DNA of 64,000 nucleotides from assembly GCF_009914755.1 (NCBI RefSeq), contig NC_060928.1; one strand, 5' to 3'. This document shows positions 28,101-42,273 of the stretch, in pieces (position 1 is the stretch's first letter; the number at the start of each line of letters is the position of its first letter). This DNA comes from the human T2T-CHM13v2.0 reference genome, Homo sapiens. Below the pieces are notes generated by a model. The model made no database searches and had not been told where the DNA came from. It saw only the letters and a program-made list of their open reading frames with translations. The translations under genes were made by a program, and so were the position numbers.

Positions 28101-30631
28101 GCCTTGAATAAACATCCGTGGTACCCAGGCAGTAATTGCCTCGGGTCTTGGGGGAGACCTGTGCTGTGCTGACTTCAGGTGTGACCCAGCACATTTCCAG
28201 CTGTTATAGCCATGGGAGAGACTCCTTTAGCTTGAGAAACAGAGATGGCAGAGTAAAGGGGACTTTGTTTTGCAGCTTTAACATCAGCTCAGTCACAGAG
28301 GGGTAGAACAACAAGGGGATTACTGGGGTCCCTTATTTAAGACCTTGGCTCCTAGATGTCATTTCTGAAAGTTTCCTGGGCCAGAGTGGAGCCCACTGAC
28401 CTGAAGGGAGAGACCTAGACCCAGCAGTATTCACCACTAGTTACTTGAAAGACCCTTGAGCCTTGAATAAACATCAGTGATAGTCAAGAAGTATTCACCC
28501 TGAGTCTGGGGTAGTGGTAGCAATGAGAAAAGAGTTCCCTGTATGAGAAAAGGAAAGGGAAGGATGGGAAGGAGTTTGTCTTGTGGCTTGGGTACCAGCT
28601 ACGCTGCAGTAGAATAGAGCATCAAGTATGTTCTTAAGGCTCCCCATTCCAGGCCCTGGCTCCTGGATGGCCTTACTGTACCTGCCCTGAGCTCTAGGGT
28701 AGCTTCCTACCCTGAAAAGAAGGACACAAGCCTGGCTTAGTTATCTGATGACTGAGGAGCCCTTGGCCCTTGAATAAAACATTGGTGGTATGCAGGTAGT
28801 GGTTGACGTGGACCTTGGATGAGAGGCAGTGTTATGTTGGCTTCAAGTCTGACCCAGCACAGTCCTAGTGGTGGTGGCCACAGGGGTGTTTGTGTTACCC
28901 CTTCCCCCGCACCAGACAGCTCAGCATGGAAAAAGAGTCTCCATTTGTCTGGGGGAAAGTAAGGGAAGAGGACAAGAGTCTCTGCCTAGTAGACCACCAA
29001 GGATGTACCCCTATTATTCTGCAAGATTCACAGCATCAGTGGGCTTGAGGTGTCCCCTAATGCAGATACTACTGCAATGACAAAAGAGTTAGATAACAAC
29101 ACTCAATTTCTTTTGAATACTTGCAATGCCTTCCCAAGGAGAATGGGTACAAATAGGCCCAGACTATGAAGATCACAATAAATACTTAACTTTTCAATAC
29201 TCAGACAGACAAAAATCCACAATTGTGAAGACTATCCAGAAAAAAACATGACTTCACCAAATGTACTAAATACAGCACCAGTGACCAATCTTTGAATGAT
29301 GCAGATATGTGACCTTTTAGACAAATAATTTTAAATAGCTGCTTTGAGATAGTTAAATGGAATTCAAAATGACACAGAGAAGGAATTAAGAATCCAATCA
29401 GATGAATTTCATAAATTGGTTGAAATAATTTTCAAAAATCAAGCATAAATTCAGGAGCTTAAAAATGCAATTGGAAAAGTGAAAAATGCACCAGAGTCTC
29501 TCAACAGTGGAATTGACCAAGCATAAGAAAGAATTAGTAAGTGTAAAGACAGGCTCTTTGCAAATACAGAGAGAAGGCAGAAGAAAAAAGAATTAAAAAT
29601 AATAAAGCATGCCTACAAGGTCTAGAAAATAACCTCAAAAGTGCAAATCTAAGAGTCATTGACTTTAAAGAAGAGGTAGAGAGAGATTGAGGTAGAACAT
29701 TTATTCACAGGGGTAGTAACAGAGAACATTACAAAGCTAGAGAGAGATATAAATATTCAAGTACAAGAGGGTTATAGAACACTGAAATAATTTAACCCAA
29801 ATAACACTACTGCAAGGCATTTATTAATCAAACTTCCAAAGGGGAAAGATTTAAAAAAGTTTCTAAAAGCAGCAAGAGAAAAGAAACAAATAACATAAAA
29901 AGGAGCTCCAATATATCTGGCAGCAGACTTCTCGGTGGAAACCATATTGGCAAGGAGACAGTGGAAAGACATATTATAAAAGCTGGAGGAAGAAAACCTT
30001 TTATCCTGTAATAGTATATCCAGTGAAAATATCCCTCAGATATGAAGAAGAAATAGATACCTTTCAAGACAAATAAAGCTGAAGGATTTTATCACCACCA
30101 GACCTGTCCTACAAGAAATGCTGCAGGAATTTCTTCAATCTGAAAGGAAAGAATGCTAATGAGAAATAAGAAATCACATGAAGGTGAAAACTTACTATTA
30201 CACTAGTAATAATAAGTACACAGGCAAACAAGGAATATTATAACACTGTAATTGTGGTGTGTAAACTAATATCTTGAGTAAGAGGCATAAAAGATGAATC
30301 TACATCTTGAAAAATAATAAGAACAATTTTTCAAGACATAGAAAGTATAATAAGATATAAATCAAAACAACAAAAGGTGAAGAATTAAGACGGATAAAGT
30401 ATAGAGTTTTTAATTCCTTTCTCTTTGCTTGTTTATTGTTTTGTTTGTTTGCTTATGTAATCAGGGTTAAGTTTAATATAGTGGGTTATAAGACATTATT
30501 TGCAAGCCTCATGGTAATCTCAAATCAAAATACCTACAACAGTACAGGAAAAAAGAAAGAAATTAAAACATACCGTCAGAGAAAATCACTTTTACAAAAA
30601 GGAACACAGGAAGGAAGAAAGGAAGAAAGAG

Positions 30632-30633
<2 letters not shown>

Positions 30634-30671
<38 letters not shown>
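30634..30671. repeat. (CA)n microsatellite in L1 inter-ORF region
   Basis: About 19 uninterrupted CA units. Confidence 0.95.
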
Positions 30672-30674
<3 letters not shown>

Positions 30675-32022
30675 CAAATGGCAGAAATAAGTCCCAGTAA
30701 TCTATAAGAACACTGAATCTAAATGGACTAAACCCTCCAATCAAAAGACATAGACTAGTTGAATTGATTAAAAATAAAAGCAAGAACCAGTAATCTGTTG
30801 CCTGCAAGAAACACACTTCACTAAAAAGACACATATAGACAGAAAACAAAGGGATAAAAAAACATATTTTTTTGCAATGGGAATGGAAAAAAAAAGCAGC
30901 AGTAGCTAAATATATCAGAAAAATATATTTGAAAAACAAAACTATAAATAGAAACAAAGAAGATCGTTACATAATAATAAAAGGGTCAATGAAGTAAGAG
31001 GGTATAACAATTTTAAAGATATATGCACCCAACACTGGAGTACCCAGATATATAATGCGAATATTATTACAGCTAAAGAGGGAAACAGACTCCAACACAA
31101 TAATAGCTGGAGAATGAAACATCCCACTTTCAGCATTGAATAGATTATTAAAATAGAGAATCAACAAAGAAACATTAAACTTAATCTGCACAACAAAACA
31201 AATGGACCTAATATATACTTACAGAGCATTTCTTCCAATGGATAGAGAATACGTATTCTTATCCTAAGCACATGGACCATTCTCAAGAATAGAACATATA
31301 TTAGGCCACAAAACACACCAAAACATTTTAAAAAATCAAGTATCTTCTCTGACCACAATAAAATACAACTAGAAACTAAAAAACAAGAGAAACTTTGGAA
31401 ACAATAAAAACAATGGAAATTAAATATTATGCTCCTGTATGACCAGTGGGTTAATTAAAAATCTAAGGAGAAAAAGTAAAAATGCCTTGAAACAAATGAA
31501 AATGGAAACACATTATAGCAAAATCTATGGGGTACAGGCAAAGTAGTACTAAGATAAAACTTTGTAGCAAAAAAAGTCTACATCAAAAAAGTAGAAAAAA
31601 TTCAAATAAACAATTTATTAATGCATCTTAAAAAACTAGAAAATCAAGAGAAAACCAAACCCAAAATTAGTAGAAAAGAAGAAATAATAAAGTTCAGAGC
31701 AGAAATACATGATATGAAATAAAGAAACAACACAAAAGATTAATGAAACAAAAACTTGACTGGGTTTTTTTTGGAAAAGATAAACAACATTGACAAACCT
31801 TTAGCCAGGAACTAGGAAAAGAAGAGAGAAGACCCAAATCAATAAAATCAGAGATGAAGAAGGAGACATTACAATTGATACCACAGAAATCCAAAGGATC
31901 TTTAGTGGCTGCTATGAGCAATTATATACCAATTGGAAAATCCAGAGGAAATGGACAAATTCCTAGACACATACAACCTACCAAGATTGAACCATGAAGA
32001 AATCCAAAACCTGAATACAGCA

Positions 32023-32647
32023 TGTTTTAGTCAGAGTTCTCTTAGAGGGACAAAACTAATATAATATATGTATATGTATATATATATGTATATATACACA
32101 TGGGATATGTATATATATATATGTGTGTATATATACACACGGGATATGTGTATATATATGTATATATATACACACACACACATAGGATATGTGTATATAT
32201 ATGGGATATGTGTGTGTGTATGTGTGTGTGTGTATATATACATTACATATATATGTGTATATATATAAATGGGAGTTTACTAAGTATTAACTTATATGGT
32301 CACAAGGTCCCAAAATAGGCTGTCTGCAAGCTGAGGAGCAAGGAGAGCCAGTCCGAGTCCCAAAACAGAAGAATTTGGAATCTGATGTTCGAGGGCAGGA
32401 AGCATCCAGCATGTGAAATAGATGTAAGCTGGGAGTCTAGGCCCATCTCTCTTCACCTTTTTCTGCCTGCTTTATATTTCCTGAAAGCTGATTAGATTGT
32501 GCCCACCAGATTAATGGTGGCTCTGCCTTCCCCAGCGCACTGACTCAAATGTTAATCTCTTTTGGCAACACCCACACAGACACACCCAGAATTAATAATT
32601 TGTATCCCTCAATCCAATCAAGTTGACACTCAGTATTAACTATCACA
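32023..32647 (-). mobile_element. MLT2A1-like (HERV-L) solo LTR with expanded internal (TA/TG) repeat
   Basis: TGTTTTAGTCAGAGTTCTCTTAGAGGGAC...GCAAGCTGAGGAGCAAGGAGAGCCAGTCCGAGTCCCAAAA...CAATCCAATCAAGTTGACACTCAGTATTAACTATCACA. L1 ORF2 resumes directly after it. Confidence 0.92.
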
Positions 32648-35602
32648 GATAAATAACAAGTAATGAAATTGAAGCTGTAATAAAAAGACACCCAGCAAAA
32701 AAAGCCTGAAACTTGATAGCTTCATTGCTGAAATTTACAAAACAGTCAAAAATGAAATAATACAAATTCTACTGAAAGTACTCTGAAAAATAGAGGAGGA
32801 AGGAATACTTCCAATCTCATTCTATGAGGCCAGTATTACTCTGATATAAAAAACAGACAAAGACACATCAAAAAAAGAAAACGCCAGGCCAATATATTTG
32901 ATGAACATTGAGACAAATATCCTCAACAAAATACTAGCAAACCAATTCAACAATACATTAAAAATATCTCTATAATGATCAAGTAGGATTTATCCCAGCG
33001 ATGCAAAGATAGGCAAATCCAGGAATGTGATACATCATATCAATAGAATGAAAGACAAAAACTATATAATCATTTGCATTGATGCTGAAAAAGCATTTGA
33101 TAAAATTTAACATTCCTCCATGATAAAAACTCTTAAAAAAAGTAGTAAGTAAATATTGCCTCAACACAATTAAAGCCATATATGACAGACCAAAAACTAG
33201 TACTATATTGAATAGGCGAGAACCGAAAGCCTTTTCTCTAAAATCTAGAGCACGGCAAGGATGCCTACCCTCATGACTGTGATGGAACATAGTACTGGAA
33301 GTCCTAGCTAGAGCAATCAGACAAGAGAAATAAATAAATGACATCCAAATTGGAATGGAAGAAGTCAAATGACCCTTGTTTGCAGATGATATTATTCTAT
33401 ATTTAAAATAACCTAAAGATACCATCAAAAAACTATTAGAACTAATAAACAGATTCAGTAAAATTGCAGGATACAAAATCATACAAAAAATCAGTAACAT
33501 TTCTTTATGCTAACAGTAAACGAACTGAAGAAGAAATCAAGAAAGCACATAGCTACAATAAAATAAGATACCTAGAAATAACTGACTTAACTTACTTAAC
33601 TGACAAAGTGAAAAGTTCTCTGTAATTAAAACTATGAAACATTGATGCACAAATTTGAAGAGGACACAAACAAATGAAAAGATATTCTATGTTCACGGAT
33701 TGGAAGAATCAATATTGTGAAAATGTCCATCCTACCCAAAGCAATCTACAGATTATATGAGCCCATTATCAAAATATTAATGATATTCTTCTCAGAAATA
33801 GAAAAAACAATTCTAAAATTTTTATGGACCAACAAGAAACCCAGAATACCCAAAGCCATTGTGAGCAAAAACAAAAAAATTGGAGAAATCTTGTTACCTG
33901 ATTTCAAATTACACTACAGAGCTATACTAATCAAAACATCATTGTACAGGCATAAAGACAGACATATAATCCAATGAAACAAAACAGAGAACTAGAAATA
34001 AATCTATACATTTAAAGTAATCTCATTTTTGACAAAGTTGCCAAGAATATACATTGGGAAAAAGACAGTCTTGGTAAACTTCATATCCATATGCAAAAAA
34101 AAAAAAAAATGAATCTAGACCATTATTGCTTACTGTATACATGAAATAAATCAAAATGGGTTAAGGACTTACATCTAAGACTTCAAACTATGAAACCATT
34201 ACATGAAAATAAAATCTCCAAGACATTGGTATGGGCAAATAATTCTTGAATAATACCTGTAATACCTGCACAAGCACATGCAATCAAAGCAAAAATGGAC
34301 AAATGAGATCACATTAAGTTAAAGAACTTCTGCACAGCAAAGTAAACAATAAACAAAATAAAAAGACAACACACACAATGGAAGAAAATATTTGCAAACT
34401 ACCCATCTGACAAAGTTTAAATGACCAAAATATATAAGTAGCTCAAACAATTCTACAGGAAAAAAATTTAATAATCCAATTAAAACAAGGACAAAAGACC
34501 TGGATAGACACTTCTCAAAAGAATACATGCAAATCACAAATAGGTATATTAAAGGTGCTAAATATCACTTATCACCAGAGAAATACAAGTCAAAACTACA
34601 TGGAGATATCATCTCACCACAGTTAAAATTGTTTTTATCCAAAAAACAGGCAATAACAAATGGAAATAACAAACAGGATGTGGAGAAAAGGGAACCCTTG
34701 TATGCTGTTGGTGGGAACGTAAATGAGTACAGGCATTATGAAGAGCAGAATGGAGGTTCCTCCAAAAACTGAAAAAAGAACTACCATAAGATCCAGCAAT
34801 CATACTGTTAGGTTTATACCCCCCAAAAAGGATATCAGTATATCAAAGAGATATCTGCACTCCAATGTTTACTACAGCACTATTCACAACAGCCAAAATT
34901 TGGAAGCAACCTAAGTTTCCATCAACAGATCAATATATAAAGAAAGTGCAGTATATATACACTATGGTTTAATATTTAGCCATAAAAATGAATGAGATCC
35001 TGTAATTTACAACAATATGAGTAGAACTGGAGGATATTATGTTAAGTGAAGTAAGTTAGGTACAGAAAGAGAAACATCACATGTTCTCAGTCATTTGTGG
35101 GAGCTAAAAATCAAAACAATTGAATTCGTGCAGATAGAGAGTTGAATGATAGTTTCCAGAGGCTGGGACTGGAGGCAGGGGGGGATTTGGGAATGGTTAA
35201 TGGGTACAAAACTTTAGTTAGATAGAATGGATAAGATCCAATATTTGATTGCACAACAGGTGACAGCAGCCAACAATAATTTATTATAAATTTTTAAATA
35301 ACTAAAAGACTATAATTGGAATGTTTATATCACAAAGAAATGATAAATGCTTGAGTTGATGCATACTCCATTTATTCTGTTGTAATTACTACATATTGTA
35401 TGCCTGTATCAAAATATTTCATGTACCTCATAAATATGCATAGCTACCATGTACCCACAGAAATTAAAAATTAATAATTTTTAAAATATTTGTTAAGTGT
35501 GATTATGGGATTTGTAAAAAATGACAGTGTATTGCAATGGGAATGAGTTGACTTTTTGGTAAGTGGTACAAGTCAAACAAAAAATGATTTGAAATACACT
35601 GT

Positions 35603-35983
35603 ACATCAAGGAATGCTATTCAGCCATAAAAAGGGATAAAATCATATCTTTTGCAGCAATGTAAATTGAGCTGGAGGCCATTATTCTAAGTGAAGTAATT
35701 AAATAATGGGAATCCAAATAGTATATGTTCTCATTTATATGAGGGAGCTAAGCTATGAGGATACAAAGTCATAAGAATGATATAATGGACTTTGGGGACT
35801 CAGGGGTAGGGAAAGTTTAGGACTATAAGTGAGGGATAAAAGACTGAATATTGGGTACAATGTACAATGTTCAGGTGATGCGTGCACTAAAATCTCAGAA
35901 ATCAGCACTAGAGAACTTATCCCTGTAACAAAACCACCTGTACCCCCAAAACCATTGAAATAAAAACAAAAATAAAGTAATAA
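35603..35983 (+). mobile_element. 5'-truncated L1PB-type 3' end
   Basis: GGGAGCTAAGCTATGAGGAT...ATGGACTTTGGGGACTC...GTGAGGGATAAAAGACT...AAAATCTCAGAAATCA..., followed by an A-rich tail. Confidence 0.85.
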
Positions 35984-35999
35984 AGCACTAGAGAAAATC

Positions 36000-37010
36000 T
36001 GCATGATCATAAAGAAGACAAAGATATTTTATAGGATATAAAAACACTACTCAGAAAGACCTAAAAAATGATCCATTGAACTGTCAAAAAACATTACAAA
36101 AATGACAAGGCAACTGACAGTATGGGAGATGATATTTGCAAACAATGCATCTGACAAAGGATTCCTTCCTGAATATACAAAGAACTACTAAAGATCCAAC
36201 TAAAAACAAACAGCCAACCCAATAGAAAAATAAACAAAATACTTACATAGCTATTTCACAAGACAGGATCTCCTAAGGTAGGAAACTAAATCTTATGACT
36301 CAAAAATAATTGTATTTTCTGGAAATCTTACTGAGACAGTATGGCTAAAAATACCAAATTGAGGAGCAAACAGCATTCACATAAACTGTTGAGTTAATGT
36401 AAAACAGTCAACCATTTTTTGGGAAATAAAAGCAGTATTTTTAAACATCTAACTATATGCAAACCCTATAGTCCAGAAATTCCACTCCTAGGTATGTACC
36501 TAACATGATGTCACCAAATGATAGGCACAAGACTGCAAACTCAGTATTTACAATAGCCCCAACTTTGAGAGTACTCAAATGTTCTTCAGTGGTGAATGAG
36601 GTAAATAAATTGTGGCGTAATCACACAGTTGACTGCCATATACCTATTACAGTAAAAAACTATACCTACATGCAACAATACAGATAAATCCTAAAAATAG
36701 AAAGATAACACAAGAAGCCAAAGATAACATTGTTTATTTTAATTTATGTAAAATTTAGAAACAAGCAAAATTAATCCTTTATGTTTAGAGATTCACTGGG
36801 AGAAGGTTCTGACTAGAAAGTGGCATCATGATTTTCTAGGACGCTAATAAAATCCTGTATTGTTTTTAGGTGTTCTATTTTGTTTGGTTATTTTTAAATT
36901 GGTTACATGAATAGGCTTAATTTCAGTAATTCATTTATCTGTACACTTACAATTTCTGTGTTTGTGACATGTATGCTGTACCTGAATAAAAGTATAAGCA
37001 TTTTATATAA
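36000..37010 (+). mobile_element. Old L1ME-type relic (ORF2 end and 3'UTR)
   Basis: GGGAGATGATATTTGCAA..CATCTGACAAAGGA; CCAGAAATTCCACTCCTAGGTAT; TCTGTACACTTA..GTATGCTGTACCTGAATAAAA. Confidence 0.7.
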
Positions 37011-37495
37011 AAAAGTATTTACCTACATTGACATAATTATCTAAAGTATACAAATAGTTACTAGTCTGCAAAAATGTTCTATTACTATAATTACAAACTA
37101 AGGCTATATGTTTGCAGCAATACTAGGTAAGTGGAAATAGTGAGAAGTCACAGGATAACTGAAATGCCATTGTAAATATTTGGGATGTAGGAAAACCCTA
37201 AGGCATGTTATATCTTCAGGAAATATGATGATGGGTTCCTGGCCTTTAGTTAATTGCATCTATACTCCAGACTAAACAAGAAAATAGATTCGAAATATTA
37301 ATGTTAATGTTAGTGACCTAAACACATAATATGCTCTAGTTGCTTTATGTATTACTTTTATGCTTAATTTAACAAATATCTGGGATCCTTTAAAAATACT
37401 TTCTATTGACCGATAGTGCAGAATCCTGGAAGATGATTAATAAACAGAAAGAATTCTTTGTAATTTTCTTGAGAAAATAAAACATAAGAGGTTGA

Positions 37496-37820
<325 letters not shown>

Positions 37821-39147
37821 TCTATACTTGGTTTTTAAAGATATCTTAGATTAGAATCCATTTACTTTTTCACATTTAAATATTAGTAAATTTTCTAATT
37901 TTGTGGTGAACTTGTGTAAAGATGATGACACATGTTAAAAAGACAAAGACTGTAAAGACTTAGAGTAAATATACTTTAGGCTTTAATCTTCCTGTGATTT
38001 ATTGGTATACTATGACATAAGAAAATGTGAGTTAAGAATCAACGAATGATAGGGATTACAGTATATCAGTAATAATAAAACATAGGAATTACCATTAATA
38101 TTGTTTCTTAAGATAGGAAAAAAATTGTCATTCACTGTTAATAGATTGACAGTATATAGCAAAATAAAATGCTTAAGAGGAGCACTTTATTTAAACCTTA
38201 GAATGCAATTTTCCTCAAATTTCTGAACCTCCTCAAATTTTTTAATTCTACTACCTGGTTATCCTTTTTTCTACTCTTTTTTATTCTTTTTAAAGCTTCC
38301 AAGAAAGCATATTTAATGTCCAGGATAAAAGAAGATTACAAAAAAATTGAAGTTTATTTTCTACTTAGATGTCAACTTGGTAATTAGTACATTTATTTTA
38401 CCATATAACTTGAATCTAAGAATTGATATAATTAAAGAGTTTGGATTTTGGAGGAAGAAAGATCTGAGTTTAATCCATGTTAGCTATTCTGAATAAATTT
38501 ACAATGTTCTGGATTTCTGGCTAACGGAGAGCATTTTATATACTCATATGTATGTGGAGCTGTGCGTGTGTATGTGTGTGAACATATACACTTACTTAAC
38601 CGTATGTACTTATCCAAGTACATAAATAGTACATAGACCATAACATAGAGTTATGATCATATATCTCTTAGAAATGGAAGAAGCCCTCCCCTTATTATTT
38701 GTCTTTCTGGTGATGCAGCCTGAGGAGTATTTATTAGTTCATTGTCTATGGCAGAAATTCAAGAGGCGGTCCTTATATACAAAAAGTAGATCATCTTTTT
38801 TGATTATTAAACATTTAAACTCTATCTTTAAAAATAGCAGTTATTATGTTAATGTTCAGTGTGGCTAACTCAGAAATCTGACTACTCACGAAAATTTTAT
38901 TCCCATTTTTCTTCCAAACAAAATGTACTCACTACATTATTTATATTTTCATTATGCTGTACCTGCAAATTTAGGGAAAACACATACCAGTTGAAACACA
39001 AACGAATTGTGTGACCATGGAGAAGTAGCTTACTCTCTGAATGATTGGTACGTAGGTGGCATTATGCTATGCAGTTAATAGCACAGAACCTCATTTTATT
39101 AATTTGTGAAATGTAGATAAGAACACTTAGGCTATAAATAAAAATAA

Positions 39148-39465
39148 GGCCAGGCATGGTGGCTCATGCTTTTAATCTCAATACTTTGGGAGGCCAAGTT
39201 GGGAGAATCACTTGAAGCCAGGAGTTTGAGATCAGCCTGGGCAACATAAAAAGACCCCATCTCTACAAACAATTCTAAAAATTAGCCAGGCCCAGTGGTA
39301 TATACCTGTAATCCCAGTTACTCAGCAGACTGAGGAGGGAAGATCATTTGAGCCTAGGTTCGAGGCTGCAGCAAGCTATGATGGTGCCACTGCATTTCAG
39401 CCTGGGTTACAGAAAGAGATTTTGTCCAAAAAAAAAAAAAAAATGAATAAAATAAAAAGAAAGAA
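39148..39465 (+). mobile_element. Alu (AluJ-type)
   Basis: GGCCAGGCATGGTGGCTCATG...GGGCAACATA...GAGGCTGCAGCAAGCTATGATGG followed by poly(A). Confidence 0.93.
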
Positions 39466-39679
39466 ATTCAACACTAACATAAGGTAGCTATTATCATTGA
39501 TAATTATTAAAATACATAATAAATGATTAATTAAAATTAATATATAGTTAAATATTGCTTATCGTTTACCATTCATAGGCTACGAAATATATAACACAAT
39601 GACTTAGAAGACGAATGGATATATCTAAGACGCACATTTAAAAATTAGAGGTGGGCTACCAAATATCCTTTTTTCTTTC

Positions 39680-39960
39680 CTTCATCCATTTATTCAAAAT
39701 ACTTACTGAGAACATGTCAACCTATTACATGTTAGACACTAGTAATAACATATTTTTTAAAAAATAAAAATTCCAAGTCTAATAGAGGAAACAGACAAGT
39801 AAACCACATGTTGCAATGCAATAAGACCATAGTTATGACAGAAATTCAGATAAAAAAGCATGGTGTGGGTAGAATACCATCTGAAGTAGTGAACTGGGTA
39901 ATCTGGGAAGGCTGAATAGATGATGAATTGCCTAAAAGAACAAGTGTGAGGTTAGGTACT
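39680..39960 (-). mobile_element. L2 3' relic
   Basis: TTCATCCATTTATTCAAAATACTTACTGAGAAC...GTCTAATAGAGGAAACAGACAAGTAAAC. Confidence 0.65.
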
Positions 39961-40154
39961 ACCTGAATGGGAAGCAGTAACAGCAAACTTATAGCAGTAT
40001 GAGAGGAGAGTAATTTCTGTGCAAGCAGTAGCATCTGACTTAGAATTCTGGTATCTTTTCAAAAGTAGATTATAAATAATTTTTTAAATGCCCGTATAGT
40101 GGTTAATCTAAACAAGTTTTTTACTTATTGAATTAATTTTATTTATTATAATTT

Positions 40155-40618
40155 TGACAGGATGTTAACCTTCCATTAGTTTCTCAATTCCTTGATATAG
40201 TGCAGAACAGTGTTGCACTCCAAACCAGTACCCCTAAGCAAGGACAGCAAACTCATCCAGCACCTTCTAACAGTTGACAGATATTTTCCTCTCTGTGAAT
40301 CACGTTCAGATAGAGGAAGTTGCCCTGTCCAATGTTCTGTCCCCGCCCGTGAAATGATCCAAACACCCAGCTGAAGTGGGTAAACAAAGACTCAGCACTT
40401 GTCTCAATTTTGGATAACTTCAAAGAACGCTCTCAGGTTCACGGTTCCATGCAGGATGGCTTCAGCAACAGTTGCAACTGCATCTCGGTTCAGCTTCTTC
40501 TTTCCTCTTCCTCCTGCTTTTGTCAGCTCCCTGACCAAATGTTTTCCAAAAACACTGTTCAATGAGCAACTTGTGCATGACTTGCAAACTTCGTCTATTT
40601 CAAATTCAACTGTAGACA
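40155..40618 (+). mobile_element. ERVL 5' LTR (LTR16-like); start approximate
   Basis: A GC-richer block ending ...TGTAGACA, immediately followed by a degenerate PBS-like TTTATTCCTGAAGTGGT and then ERVL internal sequence. Confidence 0.65.
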
Positions 40619-42121
40619 TTTATTCCTGAAGTGGTGTGAGAAATAAACATTAACTGGTCATCTTGTATTGAGGACCCCATCTTGTTGATAGGTGAAGGGA
40701 TAATAACACCCAGCAACTTAGTTGTTAAACTAGCGTAAGATGATGTACTGGCTAGTGTGAAATTATTAGCTCTTGATAGGCATGAAGGAAATATTACCTA
40801 TAAGGAAAATTGGCTAGGATGACTGTTGTAATACATCATAGGTTTATTGAAGAGCGAAAAATGGCAGTTACAGGGAAATTATCACCAATTTAAGGCAAAA
40901 TGTGAAAGTCCAAGGGCCTCTTTGTCAGCAATTAAGGAAGCCTCAAACTCCTGCAGAGAGGAAAGCGAGGCTTAGAATTAAAACATAAATGTACCAGAAC
41001 TTCAGAGAATTTATAATCATCAGTCATGTTAGTTCTCTGATGTCAAGATCAGTACCTAATAGAGAAGAAATTAAACCCTTAGACTTGAGATGGACACATC
41101 TGAGAAGATCCAATAAAGAACCTTGAACTCGTGGATTTTCTAAACTATGGGAGCTTGCAGATATGAGTTCATTCTCTCTTCTTAAAAGATAATACTTGAG
41201 GTTTATTCAGAGGAAATACTTGACTTAGGTGTGCTTGTTAACTTTTTAGCACCTACTTCCACTTCTCCTGGTAGCTTCCTCAACTGAGAGCAACCAGAAT
41301 AATAACAAGTTTCAAATTCTTTCACTGAGTTATTCTGGTTATGCAGGGCCGGCTAAGAGGAGCTTATACGCTGGGTGCAATGAAATAACTGCAGTATTTA
41401 CTTAATATTAATATGCATCAGCAGGAGAAGAAATTCTATTTGGGGTTAAATCCTGAAAGTGCTGGATCAAGAGGAGGGCTAAAATGGTTGTATTAAAGAA
41501 AACGTATAATTATGCCACACCATGAAACAGGATTAGATGCTTTGGCAAGGACCTGGGTAAGAGTGTTTGCAAGTTTATAAGGTGCATCTTGGCAATTTGA
41601 GAAAAAGATAAGTAGAAACATTAGAAGTGCTACTATGGTAGACGGTGGAGGAAGGGATTAAAAACCTTAGAGGGGTAAGCATACCAGCATGGATACACTA
41701 TGGAAATCTGAGAAAACCACCTGTTATCTAAGCTCTATAAGAAAGTCTAGAAGAACACTTATTTACCAAAATGATAAGGAATACATGAGGGGTGGTCACG
41801 AGCATCAGCAAGAGCCTCCATGGTGCCTACTCTCTGTAGGCCCTGGCTGAGAGTAGGAGATTCTGTTATAAAACTAGATTTCATGATACCAATAAGATAA
41901 TAAAACCCTAAGTGACAGAAGCCATATAGAGGCACTCATCTATCAGAGGAAAAGTGGGTACAAATATTATATTGTAAAATCAGCAGCGAAATCAGAGTGT
42001 AGCCAGCAGAGGCTGCCATAAAGAAAGACATGGAGATAGTTAAAAGTGCATGGCAATCCCCCGAGGTAAGAAAGATGGATGCACAAAGGTTTACTTTATG
42101 TAATCAAAAGAAATCAAGGAT

Positions 42122-42260
42122 TTGTGATGGCTATGTTAATTAGCTTAATTGTGGTAATCATCTCACAATGTATATGCATATCAAATCATTGTACACCTGA
42201 AATATATACAATTTTTATTTGATAATTGTACTTCAATATAGCTGGGAAAAGTGTTTTTAA
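42122..42260 (+). mobile_element. Short L1MA/L1MB-type 3'-end fragment
   Basis: GTGATGGCTATGTTAATTAGCTTAATTGTGGTAATCAT...ATACAATTTTTATTTG...AGCTGGGAAAA. Flanked by AAAAGAAATCAAG at 42106 and 42261. Confidence 0.85.
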
Positions 42261-42273
42261 AAAAGAAATCAAG

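Larger units (their letters stand above)
27192..35475 (+). mobile_element. Near full-length decayed L1MA (5'UTR, ORF1 about 29248-30160, ORF2 about 30678-35100, 3'UTR, A-tail)
   Basis: 5' GGGAGGCAAAGCAAGATGG. RT motif TTT GCA GAT GAT (FADD) at 33379-33390. ORF 33717 reads KMSILPKAIYR...LPDFKLHYRA. L1MA 3'UTR. TGATTATGGGA occurs at both 27185-27195 and 35500-35510 (TSD). Both ORFs are broken. Confidence 0.95.

Noticed and set aside
32031-32318. Overlapping Y/I/H/C/V-rich ORFs
   Set aside because: Translations of the TA/TG/CA repeat.
32979-33500. 173-aa minus-strand ORF, the longest in the window
   Set aside because: Antisense to L1 ORF2 RT; a common artefact of L1 base composition.
27192-35475. 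Possible active full-length L1
   Set aside because: Both ORFs have many stops and frameshifts, and ORF2 is interrupted by an LTR.
40404-40619. 71-aa minus-strand ORF with protein-like composition (MSTVEFEIDEVCKSC...)
   Set aside because: It lies wholly within the probable ERVL LTR; no recognisable homology or splice support.
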